Position numbers and translations under genes: made by a program
Assembly: GCA_039208735.1 (NCBI GenBank)
Contig: JBCCQY010000027.1
Span: 10,915-74,914 of the forward strand
Reading direction: 5' to 3'
DNA from: Myxococcota bacterium
GTDB taxonomy: Bacteria > Myxococcota_A > UBA796 > GCA-2862545
DNA length: 64,000 bases
The notes under the pieces: model-generated
Told to the model about the DNA's origin: nothing
The model's input: only the letters and a program-made list of their open reading frames with translations
The model's database searches: none
In this document: positions 39,061 to 49,655 of the stretch, one piece after another
Layout of the letters: the number at the start of each line of letters is the position of its first letter
Position numbering within the stretch: the first letter of the stretch is position 1

Positions 39061-40362
39061 ATGACCCAGTCACCGACCCCAGCCCTGTTGTTCACGGGCG
39101 TGAGACTGATCGATCCTGAGGCCGGCGTCGACGAGGTGACCGACTTGCTCGTTACGCCAGACGGGGTGCAGCGAGCCCCCGCGTCGGTTCCCGACGACGC
39201 GCGGCGGGTGGATGGCCAAGGCTTGTGGGCCTTGCCGGGCCTCGTCGACATTCAGGTGCACTTTCGCCAGCCCGGCTTTGAGTACAAGGAAACCATCGAG
39301 AGCGGCTCGGCGGCGGCTCTGGCGGGTGGCATTTGCACGGTCGTCGTCATGCCGAACACCCAACCGCGCCTGGATACGCCTGACCAGGTCGTGTTCGAGG
39401 CCGACGAAGCGCGACGGGTCCGTGGCATCGACCTGCTGGTCGCGGCGGCGGCGACCCGGAATCTGGATGGCCACGAACTCACGGACCACCAGGCCCTCAA
39501 AGCGGCGGGCGCGGTCGCGATCACGGATGACGGCTTCCCCGTTCTCGACGACGATCTGATGCGGGGCAGCTTGCAGCGCTGCGCCGAACACGATCTGCTG
39601 TTCATGCAGCATGCCGAGGACACACGCATGACCCAGCACGCCCCGATGACCGACTCCCCGGTCAGCGTGTCGCTCGGTGTGCGCGGCCAGTCCAGCGACG
39701 CCGAAGGCGTCATGGTGGAGCGGGATATCGCGCTGACCCGAGAGACCGGAGCCCGGTACCACGTGCTTCACACCTCGACGGCGCGGTCCATGGCCGCGAT
39801 CCGTGCTGCCAAGGCCGAGGGCCTGTCGGTGACCTGCGAAGTCAGCCCGCACCATCTGCTGCTGACGTACGAGGCATGCGCAGGCGGCGATCCGAATACC
39901 AAGATGAACCCGCCGCTTCGCTCCGACTACGACCGTCGAGCGCTCATTGCGGCGCTCGCCGACGGCACCGTGGATGCGGTGGCCACCGACCACGCGCCCC
40001 ACACCAAGGCCGAGAAGGCCAAAGGGTTCGAGGACGCGCCGTTCGGTGTGATCGGACTGGAAACCGCGTTTGCCGCACTGTTGTCGTTCGTGCACGACGG
40101 CACGATCTCCGACACCCGAGCCGTCGAACTCATGACCTCGGGGCCCGCACGCGTACTCGGCCTGCAGGGCCAGCTAGGGACCCTGGGCAACCGTGCACCG
40201 GTGCACCTCACCTTGGTTGATCCGACCTGCGAATGGACGGTCACCGAGGAGGCGATGGCGGGCAAGTCGACCAACAGTGCCTTCCTCGGACACGTGTTCA
40301 AGGGCAAGGTCGTGGCCACCGTACTGCACGGTGAACTCCGCTACGCCGACGGCGCGCTCTAA
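39061..40362 (+). CDS. pyrC: dihydroorotase
   Basis: PGLVDIQVHFRQPG, MPNT, HAED, EVSPHHL, KMNPPLR, ATDHAPH, GVIGLET. Confidence 0.9.
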   Translation: MTQSPTPALLFTGVRLIDPEAGVDEVTDLLVTPDGVQRAPASVPDDARRVDGQGLWALPGLVDIQVHFRQPGFEYKETIESGSAAALAGGICTVVVMPNTQPRLDTPDQVVFEADEARRVRGIDLLVAAAATRNLDGHELTDHQALKAAGAVAITDDGFPVLDDDLMRGSLQRCAEHDLLFMQHAEDTRMTQHAPMTDSPVSVSLGVRGQSSDAEGVMVERDIALTRETGARYHVLHTSTARSMAAIRAAKAEGLSVTCEVSPHHLLLTYEACAGGDPNTKMNPPLRSDYDRRALIAALADGTVDAVATDHAPHTKAEKAKGFEDAPFGVIGLETAFAALLSFVHDGTISDTRAVELMTSGPARVLGLQGQLGTLGNRAPVHLTLVDPTCEWTVTEEAMAGKSTNSAFLGHVFKGKVVATVLHGELRYADGAL

Positions 40363-41429
40363 GCCCGGGTCTGCTCCAACACGAACGCTCCCACGTACAG
40401 GCCGCCGAGTTCGAACACACGCACATGACGCGAGGACCATCGGGCACTCGCGTGCAGCGCACGGTTGAACGCATGCCGTCGCTGGGCGACCATGACCAAC
40501 CGTGCGTCGGGGCGGCATACCGCAGCCAGACTGTGCAGGACGTCACCATAGAATCGAGCCAGGTCGAGCCCACGGCCCAACCGCTTGCCGAACGGAGGGT
40601 TGCAGACCACGGTATCGAAGGTTTCGGACGGCCACTGTTCTAAGAGCGCTCGCGCATCGGCCCACCGCACGTCTGCACGGTCGATCAGGTCGGCGCGGAG
40701 CAAGTTGTCGCGGGTGCCCTGGGCGGCCGCCTCCAAACGATCGACCCCGGCCAGCTGTACGCGAGGCCACCGCAGCCCGGCCTCGAGCAGCACGGTACCC
40801 GCGCCACAGAACGGATCGAGCAGCCGTTCGGGGGGCTTGTCGGGACGGGCGAGCTGCAGCAATGCCCACGCGACATTGCTCCGCAGCGACGTTCGTTGGG
40901 TATACGGCCCCCTCCGGCGTTGGAACAGGGGACCGAGCTGCACCCCAATCTTGCAGACGCGCTTTCGTACGTCACATCGGATTTCGACATCGAAGGCCTT
41001 GAGTGAAACCGGGTGACGGGCCACCGCCCGCACTCCAGCCCCCGCCACGCGCTGGACGTCCTCGCTCGTGAAGGAGTGGGTTCCGGTTCGCGAACTCGTC
41101 ACCCGAAACGAACGCTCGATGTCGTCGAGTTCAGATATCTTTGGCACGACCTCCGAAACCATTCGTTTGATCTGGTCCAGCGGTCTGGGGCCATCGAGGA
41201 TGAACTGGGCCACCGACCGAACCGCACGATGGGCGGACCGTAGGCTGAGCAACGCCGGGCGCAAGTCGTGCCACGTCGCATCGATGTCGACGCTTACATG
41301 GCCGGCCAGGCCGTCGGGGCGCAGCTCGACTCGGCTTAGGACGAGACCATCTGCCGCGATGCGCGCGCGGAGTTCGTCGATGACGAGGTCCTCGAAGCCA
41401 GGGTTCGTGGTGAGTTGGACCGTGACCAC
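40359..41429 (-). CDS. THUMP-domain RNA methyltransferase
   Basis: SFRVTSSRTGTHSFTS, LDPFCGAGT, VCNPPFG. Confidence 0.88.
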   Translation of the reverse strand: MVTVQLTTNPGFEDLVIDELRARIAADGLVLSRVELRPDGLAGHVSVDIDATWHDLRPALLSLRSAHRAVRSVAQFILDGPRPLDQIKRMVSEVVPKISELDDIERSFRVTSSRTGTHSFTSEDVQRVAGAGVRAVARHPVSLKAFDVEIRCDVRKRVCKIGVQLGPLFQRRRGPYTQRTSLRSNVAWALLQLARPDKPPERLLDPFCGAGTVLLEAGLRWPRVQLAGVDRLEAAAQGTRDNLLRADLIDRADVRWADARALLEQWPSETFDTVVCNPPFGKRLGRGLDLARFYGDVLHSLAAVCRPDARLVMVAQRRHAFNRALHASARWSSRHVRVFELGGLYVGAFVLEQTRA

Positions 41430-41580
41430 CGAGAGGACCTACGGAGACAGACACACCTACATGTAGCGGCTTTGTCGCGGGTCGCCGCTTACGGTCGTTG
41501 GCCTTGTGAGGGGAGCGCTGGGCCTTCCTACTGGCGTCCCGTTGACAGCCGTTGGCGGGGAGTTATCCCATAGTCTTGTT

Positions 41581-41943
41581 ATGCAAGATAACCTCGATGA
41601 CCAAGTCGCTGCCTGGCAACGGCAGCTCCGGAAGGGAGTGGTTGAGCTCGCGGTGCTCGGCTTGCTCCGCGGTCGCCCGCGCTACGGCCTTGAGCTGGTG
41701 GAGTGCCTGTCGTCGTTGGGGGTGAAGTCGGGCAGCATCTATCCCCTGCTCGCGCGCATTCGACGCGAAGGTAAGGTCGAAAGTGAATGGGTGGCCGATG
41801 GGGTTGGGCACCCGCGCAAGTACTACTCGCTGACGTTGTTGGGCGCACGCACCTACGAAGCGAAGCGTCATGCCTGGAGTTCGTTCTCTAGCGCCCTTCA
41901 GGCCCTGTTGGAGGATTCCGAGGATGTCGAAGTTGCCAAGTAG
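41581..41943 (+). CDS. PadR family transcriptional regulator
   Basis: QLRKGVVELAVL, YG, GSIYPLLAR, PRKYYSLT. Confidence 0.92.
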   Translation: MQDNLDDQVAAWQRQLRKGVVELAVLGLLRGRPRYGLELVECLSSLGVKSGSIYPLLARIRREGKVESEWVADGVGHPRKYYSLTLLGARTYEAKRHAWSSFSSALQALLEDSEDVEVAK

Positions 41944-42436
41944 CAAGGGGCTCGCGGTCGACGACTGGATGTCGACGTTCGAGGGATCCCTGAGTTCGCT
42001 GCCGGCCTCTGAGCGTTCGGACATCGTGGCGGAGCTGCGACTCCACCTCGCGGAGACGGGCGAGACGCCGGCCACGGCCTTCGGAGAGCCCATGCAGTAC
42101 GCAGAACGGTTCGTCGCTGACCCGCGAAGGGTTGGGGCAACTCCGGAGCCGCGCTGGGTTTGGCTTCGTTGGGTCGCCCGAATCGCTGCGCTCCCCATGG
42201 CCATCGTGCTCGAGCTGATCGGGCTGATGCTGCTGATGACGATCGGCTTCGAACTTCTGCAGCCCGAAGATACCGGCTTGTTCGTGCAGGATGGCACGGT
42301 GACGGCGTTCGGCATCGACACTGAGCCCTCCGGGACGGAGGTGCTTGGCGCCTGGTTGATCCCTGCCTGTTTGCTCATCGGCGGACCTCTCTCGTACGCC
42401 GGACTGCGCCTATTCGACTGGATTCGCAACCCCTGA
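41924..42436 (+). CDS. HAAS/DUF1700-like membrane protein
   Basis: LPASERSDIVAELRLHLAE...FGEP followed by TM segments; typical PadR partner. Confidence 0.75.
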   Translation: MSKLPSSKGLAVDDWMSTFEGSLSSLPASERSDIVAELRLHLAETGETPATAFGEPMQYAERFVADPRRVGATPEPRWVWLRWVARIAALPMAIVLELIGLMLLMTIGFELLQPEDTGLFVQDGTVTAFGIDTEPSGTEVLGAWLIPACLLIGGPLSYAGLRLFDWIRNP

Positions 42437-42529
42437 GGCTCTCGCGTCTCGCGCTTTGAGTCCGCATCCTGATCTTGTTTCACAAGCCTTGCATTACAAG
42501 TCTTGCTTTGCAATACCACGGGAGATCTC

Positions 42530-44119
42530 GTGCGCCCTTCGTTCAGCTGGATCGTCGTCGCCTTGGCGGGAATCGCCGCGTGCACCAACCCGGACACCGA
42601 CGACCCTACCGCTTCGAGCGGGACCGATGCCTTGCCGCAGACCTACCGCGATGCGCGCTTCGACGATGTCGTGGCCACGGTCCGGTCCGAGTTGGCCTCC
42701 AACATCGCCCAGGGGGTATCGCTCGCGGTGCTGCATGAGGGCGAGTTCGTATGGGTGCAGGCCTTTGGTACCGCCGAGCCCGGGGCTGACGTACGGATGC
42801 GGCCTGACCACATCCTCCAGATCGGGTCAACCACCAAGCAGATGACGGCGGCGTTGGCGCTTCAGGCTGCCGACGCTGGGCAATTCGGGCTCGACGACCC
42901 GGTGGCGGAGGTGCTGCCCGAGTTCTCGCTCGACGACGATCCAGGTTGGAGCAACGTTGCAACGCTGCATGATTTGATGTCGCACCAGGGGGGCCTCGTG
43001 GACTACATCGATCCCGACAACCCGGCGGACGACGAGGAACTCGCGAACTGGATGTATGGGTTCTTCGCGTCGAACCAATGGTCGATGAACCCACCTGGAG
43101 AGTTCTGGAACTACAGCAATCCCCACTTCAGCCTCGTGGGCCTTGCGGCCGAGGTCCACGACCCTCAAGGGCGAACTTACGCCGACCTCATCGAGGAGCA
43201 GCTGTTTGCTCCGCTAGGGCTCACCGACACATACGCTCGCAAGACCCACGTTCGCCAGACCGACCGGTTCGCACTGTCCACAGATGGCGAGGGCCTGATC
43301 CGCATGGGGGGGGTTCCGGACCCCGCTCCCGAACGTCCTTCGGGGTTCGTTTGGTCCACCCCCTCCGACATGTGCAAGTGGGGTGATTTCCTCATTCATG
43401 GCGATACGTCCGTGCTTAGCGACGCAAGCCGGGATCTCATCGGAACCCCGCATGTGCTCACAGGCTACGACGGCGACCACGAAGCATACGGGTATGGCCA
43501 GTTCGTTCGCGACTTGTATCCGCTGTCGGACGGCTACTACCCCATCGAGGTGTGGGAGCACGGAGGCAACACGCTGTCCTTCACTTCGGTGTTTGTCGTG
43601 GTGCCCGAACACGACACGGTGATCTCGATCCTGAGCGCCGGGGCGGCGGACAGTTGGGATGAAACCGTCGAAGACATCCTCCGGGCCACGATCGAGCTTC
43701 CTGAACCGGCGGCTTGGGAGGGGCCTCCCTTTGAGCCCGAACGCCTCGCCGGGCACGTAGGTACGTACGTTGATCCTTACAATGTCGGCACCATCGAGAT
43801 CACGGAGGGGGGCCAGTTCGGACTTCAAATTGCGATGCCCGATCTCGACGCGCTCGGCTACTCCGTCGGGCCTGACTTGATCCCCGTCTCGACCGACCTC
43901 TGGCTCGTCGACCTCGGTGGCTTCAGGCTCGATCTCTCGTTTGTCCGCGATTCTTCGGGAGGTCCGGACGCTGAGTCGACCTACATTCGCAATCGGTCCT
44001 TCGTCGGCATCCGTGAGGTCGCCACGCAGCCTGCTCGGGCCACACCTGCTCGCCGCCCGTCGCTTGACCTCGCTCCCGCGTTCTGGGAGCGCGAAGTGCG
44101 ACGGCGCAGGACGTGGTGA
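42530..44119 (+). CDS. serine hydrolase (beta-lactamase class C-like) lipoprotein
   Basis: IAAC lipobox; STTK, YSN, HGG motifs. Confidence 0.9.
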   Translation: MRPSFSWIVVALAGIAACTNPDTDDPTASSGTDALPQTYRDARFDDVVATVRSELASNIAQGVSLAVLHEGEFVWVQAFGTAEPGADVRMRPDHILQIGSTTKQMTAALALQAADAGQFGLDDPVAEVLPEFSLDDDPGWSNVATLHDLMSHQGGLVDYIDPDNPADDEELANWMYGFFASNQWSMNPPGEFWNYSNPHFSLVGLAAEVHDPQGRTYADLIEEQLFAPLGLTDTYARKTHVRQTDRFALSTDGEGLIRMGGVPDPAPERPSGFVWSTPSDMCKWGDFLIHGDTSVLSDASRDLIGTPHVLTGYDGDHEAYGYGQFVRDLYPLSDGYYPIEVWEHGGNTLSFTSVFVVVPEHDTVISILSAGAADSWDETVEDILRATIELPEPAAWEGPPFEPERLAGHVGTYVDPYNVGTIEITEGGQFGLQIAMPDLDALGYSVGPDLIPVSTDLWLVDLGGFRLDLSFVRDSSGGPDAESTYIRNRSFVGIREVATQPARATPARRPSLDLAPAFWEREVRRRRTW

Positions 44120-44471
44120 ACGAGGTAGGGCGAATGCAACGGCGGAGACTCATCCCGGACGGTCACGGAGCCACACGTTTCGAAGAAACGAGGCTGATGG
44201 TCCCAAGTCCTGAAGGCTCCGCATCGCATCGGGGTTGGTCAGGGCGGTCATGACCACCCTGTCGACATCGGCAAGTGAAGCCAGCACGCGAGGATCTGCC
44301 TGCCTCACCGTGTGCAATGTCGCCTCGGCCTCGGTGGGCGGCTCGAGCAGCGCCGAGGTCCGCAAGGGCTCGTGCCGCACATCCCGGGTTGCGTTGGATC
44401 CTGGTCTGTGAACGCGTGACAACGTATCTGCACCGAATGCTATCCTTCAGAGCACGCATGAGGGGTGACAA

Positions 44472-45203
44472 GTGGAGCCACGGCGCGACGAGGCACTTTG
44501 GCAGCGCATTCAACATCTTGAACGTCGCGCCACGCGTTGGCGCTCGATGACCCTTGCTGCGATAGCGATATTTGCGGCGCTTCCGCTCCTTGCTTGGGCG
44601 CTCGAGCCCGTTCCTAACGAGTTCCAGTCAGGGGACAGGATTTCGTCGGCCGCAGTGAACGCAAACTATGACTACTTGGTCGATGCCATTTCGCAACTCG
44701 AGGCCCACGCGATTCCGACCGGGGCGTTGATGTATTTCAATGAATCGAATTGTCCCGCCGGGTGGAGTGAGGTTCCCGAAGCACGTGGTCGGACCATCGT
44801 AGGCCTTTCGGGATCTGCAGGTACCTTGGCAGGCACTGTGGGAACGGCCTTTGGTGATCTTGAGGATCGTGGGCACGTGCACGACGTCAATTCGCCCGTG
44901 GGTACGACCGGTGGAGCTGGAGAGCACAACCATCAGTGGATTGCCAGTTCAGGCACGGGACTGCTGACGTTCTTCGACAACACCGGTGCCCAGATTGCTA
45001 ATCAGCCTTCGTTCCCCTACGCCGGCGGAGGAACGGCACTCGGTGCGTTCATCGATGCAGAGAACGCCAACCATGACTTCTTCACCGACGAGAGCGTCGA
45101 CCACGACCATAGCTTCGATCCTGCCGCAGCGACCTCCTCTTCCGCCGACACATCAATGGTATTGCCTTATATCCAATACTTACTGTGTTCTAAGGACTCG
45201 TAA
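44472..45203 (+). CDS. membrane-anchored/secreted protein with phage tail-collar-like domain
   Basis: FQSGDRISSAAVNANY; IPTGALMYF...CPAGWS...GRTIVG; HxH motifs; LPYIQYLLCSK. Confidence 0.65.
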   Translation: MEPRRDEALWQRIQHLERRATRWRSMTLAAIAIFAALPLLAWALEPVPNEFQSGDRISSAAVNANYDYLVDAISQLEAHAIPTGALMYFNESNCPAGWSEVPEARGRTIVGLSGSAGTLAGTVGTAFGDLEDRGHVHDVNSPVGTTGGAGEHNHQWIASSGTGLLTFFDNTGAQIANQPSFPYAGGGTALGAFIDAENANHDFFTDESVDHDHSFDPAAATSSSADTSMVLPYIQYLLCSKDS

Positions 45204-45507
45204 TACGAAAACTTCTTTATTTGCTCTTCGGGTGCGTCACTCTTGTACAACTCGAATAGGCCGGCGGTCGCCACTTCTTCGTATGTCCCGGGGCGAAGTC
45301 GAACAGGCGGTTCGTAGGCTAAAATACATTTACACAATCCTCTTTGCCGCAGGATGGGCACTATCGGTTCCTGACTGCCCGCAGTGGACAGCGTTCTGCA
45401 TTCGTCTATGTGAGCCCGTGAAAGCTGGCTTCCGTAGCGAAACGGGGTTCCTGCGTCGAGAAGTACAACGGAGCGCAGAGGGTGGCGTGAAGCTCCAGCT
45501 CTGAAGA

Positions 45508-45568
45508 ATTGGTCCCATTGGATGGCAAGCCTTCTGCCCAATGGACCTTTTGCGGCGGCCGAACCAAT
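45508..45568. promoter_or_regulatory. candidate MocR/PdxR operator (ATTGG/CCAAT direct and inverted repeats)
   Basis: ATTGG at 45508 and 45517; CCAAT at 45538 and 45564; GGTCCCATTGG...CCAATGGACC near-perfect inverted repeat. Confidence 0.55.
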
Positions 45569-45571
45569 GCG

Positions 45572-47095
45572 ATGCTTCTACCTCTGGAGGCATCGTTGTC
45601 TGCCACTCTTGGCCTTACGCTCGACCCCAGCGTCGGGCGTCCATTTTACCAGCAGATCTTCGACCAGGTCGTGGAACGGGTCCAATTGGGAGCATTGGTA
45701 CCCGGGACCCGCATGCCGCCTTCGCGGACGCTCGCGAGGGACCTTGGCACGACCCGAAACACCGTGGTGCGAGCCTTTGAAGAACTGACCCAGGCCGGTT
45801 GGCTTCAGGCCAGGGTGGGGCGTGGCACCTTTGTGTGTGCTCCTCCAACGGAAGCTCCGTTGGCTCCCCCACCCAAAGCGGCCCTTCCGTGGACCCGCGT
45901 GTTCTCGAGCGCCGCGTCCGCCGAGATTCACCAACGCGCCGAGAGGCTCGCCATCGGCCTGGTGGACCGCCCCTGCATCGATCTGCAGTCCATGCAGCCA
46001 CCACGCGACCTGCTACCCGTCCAAGACCTTCGGCGTTGCACGGACCATGTCCTCCGCAGTCGCGGTGCGCGGGCCCTCGAGTACGCCCCCATCGAAGGGG
46101 TCGCCGTTCTACGCGAACAGGTCGCGATCGACCTCTATCGGAGTGGCGTCGCATGCTCGGCGGACGACCTCATCGTGACGGCAGGCTCCCAACAGGCGAT
46201 CGACTTGGTGGTGCGAGCCTTGGTTGACCCAGGTGACACGGTGCTCGTCGATCAATGCACCTATGCCGGCCTGCTGCGCATCCTTGGCATGGCCGGGGCC
46301 CAGGTCGCTCCGATTCCCGGTGACGCTCGCGGTCCAGACATCCCCGCCCTCGAGACCATCCATGGGGCGAAGCTCCTTTACGTCATGCCGGACAGCCAAA
46401 ACCCGACGGGGGCCTGGATCAGCCGGCCTCGTAGACAGCAAATCGTCGCGTGGTCTCGTCGCGCGGGGGTGCCCGTGATTGAGGACGACCATGCGGCCGA
46501 CCTCGACCTTGACTGAATTGCCTTGCCTCCTCCGCTTCGGGCCCTGGATGGTGAGGTCACGCACATCACCAACTACAGCAAGCGGCTAGCCCCTGCGCTG
46601 CGCCTGGGCGTGGTGGTGTGCCCGCCTCCGTTACGTCGGAGGCTGGTGGCTCTAAAACGAGCGACTGACCTCGGTTGCTCCGCTCTACTGCAGTACACGC
46701 TTGCCGAGTTCCTGCAGCGCGGGTACCTGCGCGCCCATCTCGCACGCACCCTTCCCGAATACCGTCGCCGTCGAGATGCGCTCGTGGACGCGCTCGAAGC
46801 ACACTTGCCCACGGGCTTCGACGTCCAAATCGCCCGTCGCGGCGTGACCCTCTGGATTCCGTTGCCCGACGGCATCGATCCAGGCGCTGTCTTCATGGAG
46901 GCGCAGCATCAAGGGGTGCTCATCATGCCGGGCACCCTGCACACGCAACATGCGATGGAGCAGAGTGGCCTTCGCCTGACCTTTTGTGCCGAGCCTCCCG
47001 AACGGCTCATCGAGGGGGCTCGCAGACTTGGTAGCGCGCTTGCGACCGTTGAGGCCGGACGGCGCGCCCCTATCAACACCCTGGAGGGACCATGA
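45572..47095 (+). pseudogene. MocR/GntR PLP-dependent regulator (PdxR-like) with in-frame TGA at 46514-46516
   Basis: wHTH PPSRTLARDLG...GRGTFV; AGSQQAID, QNPTG, IEDD; same frame resumes with SKRLAPALRLG. Alternative start TTG 45596. Confidence 0.85.
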
Positions 47096-47964
47096 CGATC
47101 GACCTCAAGGTCGGACTCGCACGCATGCTCGAAGGTGGCGTCATCATGGACGTTGTTGACGTAGAGCAAGCCCGTATCGCCGAAGCAGCTGGCGCCTGCG
47201 CGGTGATGGCGCTTGAGCGCGTTCCGGCTGACATTCGAAAGGACGGAGGCGTTGCTCGCGCGAGCGACCCTGAAATGATTGCCGCGATTCAACAGGCCGT
47301 CAGCATCCCCGTGATGGCCAAGTGCCGGATTGGGCACTTCATGGAGGCACGGGTCCTGCAGGCGTTGCAGGTCGACTTCATCGATGAGTCCGAGGTTCTC
47401 ACCCCCGCCGATGAGGCTCACCACATCGACAAAGCAGCCTTCGACGTTCCGTTTGTCTGTGGCTGTGTCGACCTGGGAGAAGCGCTCCGTCGAATCGCCG
47501 AGGGCGCCGCGCTTCTGCGAACCAAAGGCGAAGCGGGCACGGGCGATATCGTGGAGGCCGTAAGACACCTGCGCCGGCTTCGAAGCCAGATTCGCAGATT
47601 GGGCTCACTCGGGCGCGAGGAACTCGTGGCCGAAGCCAAGACGCTCGGTGCACCGGTCGCCTTGGTTCAGCAGGTCGCATCCGCAGGCACCCTTCCCGTG
47701 CCAAACTTTGCCGCAGGTGGCATCGCCACCCCCGCCGACGCCGCTCTGTGCATGGCCCTTGGAGCGACCTCGGTGTTCGTGGGAAGTGGGATCTTCCACA
47801 GTGCAGACCCCGCCAAACGGGCTCGTGCCATGGTGGAGGCGGTCACTCACTGGGAGGACGCGGAGCGCCTGACGGCCGTAAGCACCGGGCTGGGGGCGGC
47901 GATGACAGGCGTGGCGCGGGACCGGTTGGCCGACGGCGAACGGCTGGCCACGAGGGGCTGGTGA
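47092..47964 (+). CDS. pdxS: pyridoxal 5'-phosphate synthase lyase subunit
   Basis: [61 protein letters not shown]. Confidence 0.97.
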   Translation: MTIDLKVGLARMLEGGVIMDVVDVEQARIAEAAGACAVMALERVPADIRKDGGVARASDPEMIAAIQQAVSIPVMAKCRIGHFMEARVLQALQVDFIDESEVLTPADEAHHIDKAAFDVPFVCGCVDLGEALRRIAEGAALLRTKGEAGTGDIVEAVRHLRRLRSQIRRLGSLGREELVAEAKTLGAPVALVQQVASAGTLPVPNFAAGGIATPADAALCMALGATSVFVGSGIFHSADPAKRARAMVEAVTHWEDAERLTAVSTGLGAAMTGVARDRLADGERLATRGW

Positions 47965-48488
47965 ACCTCGTTGGCGTGCTTGCCCTGCAGGGCGACTGGC
48001 GTACCCATGGTGAGGCTTTGGATGCCGCACGAATTCCTTGGAAGCCCGTTCGCGTCGCTCGGGATCTTGAGGCGTGTCGTGGGCTGGTGATTCCCGGGGG
48101 TGAAAGCACCACCCTGCTGCGCTTGCTTGAGCCCACGCTGACGTCGACGATCGAGAGGTTTATTGAAACAGGTCAGCCGGTACTGGCCACCTGTGCGGGA
48201 CTCATCATCGCCGCGCGCGATGTGTCACCCGTGCAGCGGAGCTTCGGCTGGATCAACATCGGCGTGCGACGCAACGGGTGGGGACGTCACCTCGATAGTT
48301 TCGTAGACCGGAATCGAGCCTTCATTCGCGCACCTCGCATCGTGGACGCCGCAGGGGTGGAGGTGCTGGACACGGTCCGTGGAGAGCCCGCCCTGGTTCG
48401 GCAGGGAGCCGTCCTCGGCGCGACCTTTCACCCCGAACTCACTCAAGATGTTTCGGTTTATCAACTTGCTTTCGGAGCCTTCTTATGA
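47961..48488 (+). CDS. pdxT: pyridoxal 5'-phosphate synthase glutaminase subunit
   Basis: GVLALQG, PGGESTT, TCAG, FIRAP, FHPELT. Confidence 0.95.
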   Translation: MNLVGVLALQGDWRTHGEALDAARIPWKPVRVARDLEACRGLVIPGGESTTLLRLLEPTLTSTIERFIETGQPVLATCAGLIIAARDVSPVQRSFGWINIGVRRNGWGRHLDSFVDRNRAFIRAPRIVDAAGVEVLDTVRGEPALVRQGAVLGATFHPELTQDVSVYQLAFGAFL

Positions 48489-49630
48489 AGCCGTTCGGAC
48501 ACGCATGGCGTGATCGATTCTCCTTGAAACCAGAATTGGTCTACCTGAACCATGGCACGGTGGGCGCACCGCCTCGTCGGGTTCTCGAGACCGTACGGGG
48601 TATTCGTAACGAACTCGAATCCAACCCCGTCGGTTTCCTTGTCCGCGCCCTTCCCGACCGTCTGCGCCAGGCCAGGCAGCGGGTCGCCGGCTTTCTTGGG
48701 GCTCGTGCAGAGGACCTGGTTTTCGTCGACAATGTGTCCGCCGCGGTCAACGGTGTGTTGCGTTCACTGGCCCTGGAATCGGGGGATGGGATTGCGATCA
48801 CCAGCCTGACCTACGGTGGCGTGGCGGCAGCGGCGAAGGCCGTCGCGAAGCAACGGAATCTCATGCTCCACGAGGTTGTCCTTCCGTTCCCGGTGGCTCA
48901 CCCAGATGATGTGGTCAACGCGTTCGCAAAACGTCTTCCACCCGACACCCGCTTGGCCATCGTCGATCACGTAACCGCGGACACCAGCCTTGTTCTTCCC
49001 ATCGCGGACATTGCGGAGCTGTGTCGTGAGCGAGGGACGACGCTGCTTGTCGATGGTGCCCACGCCCCGGGGATGCTTCCCCTTGACATCCAGGCCCTTG
49101 GGGCAGACATCTATGTTGCGAACTTGCATAAATGGCTTTGGGCCCCCCGTCCGTGTGGGGTGTTGTGGGCGCGACCGGAGCTTCAGGATCAGGTTCGCCC
49201 CGCCGTTGCGTCCTGGGGCTACGACCAGTCGTTCCATGCCGCCTTCGAGTGGGTGGGTACGAAGGACCCATCGCCGTTCTTGGCTGCGCCCGAGGCGATC
49301 ACCATGTTCGAGGAGGTTGGACCCGACGCCGTGCGAACCTACAACCATGACCTGGTGTGGGCGGGCGGCAACCTACTGGCCGACCGGTGGGGAACCGCAA
49401 GGATGGCTCCGGAGTCTATGGTTGGCGCGATGATGGCGGTTGCGCTTCCCAAAACGGTTCCGCGAACCCCCGGCGCCGTCGCAGCCTGGCTCGCACACCT
49501 TCACGCTCGAGGATTTGAAGTCAGCGGAGCCACAAATGGCACCGAAGCCTGGGTGCGAGTCGCGGCGCAGGTTTACAACGAACTCGACGACTTTGTAAAT
49601 CTCGCCGAAGCGGCCCCCATGGTGGCTTGA
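48485..49630 (+). CDS. class V PLP enzyme (isopenicillin-N epimerase / EgtE-like C-S lyase family)
   Basis: YLNHGTVG, VDGAHAPG, NLHKWL, GTKD. Confidence 0.85.
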   Translation: MKPFGHAWRDRFSLKPELVYLNHGTVGAPPRRVLETVRGIRNELESNPVGFLVRALPDRLRQARQRVAGFLGARAEDLVFVDNVSAAVNGVLRSLALESGDGIAITSLTYGGVAAAAKAVAKQRNLMLHEVVLPFPVAHPDDVVNAFAKRLPPDTRLAIVDHVTADTSLVLPIADIAELCRERGTTLLVDGAHAPGMLPLDIQALGADIYVANLHKWLWAPRPCGVLWARPELQDQVRPAVASWGYDQSFHAAFEWVGTKDPSPFLAAPEAITMFEEVGPDAVRTYNHDLVWAGGNLLADRWGTARMAPESMVGAMMAVALPKTVPRTPGAVAAWLAHLHARGFEVSGATNGTEAWVRVAAQVYNELDDFVNLAEAAPMVA

Positions 49631-49655
49631 GGGGGCTCGCCCGGTCGCAGCAGCG

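Noticed and set aside
44150..44422. Small minus-strand ORF between serine hydrolase and collar-like gene
   Set aside because: No RBS or recognisable motif; cannot be supported.
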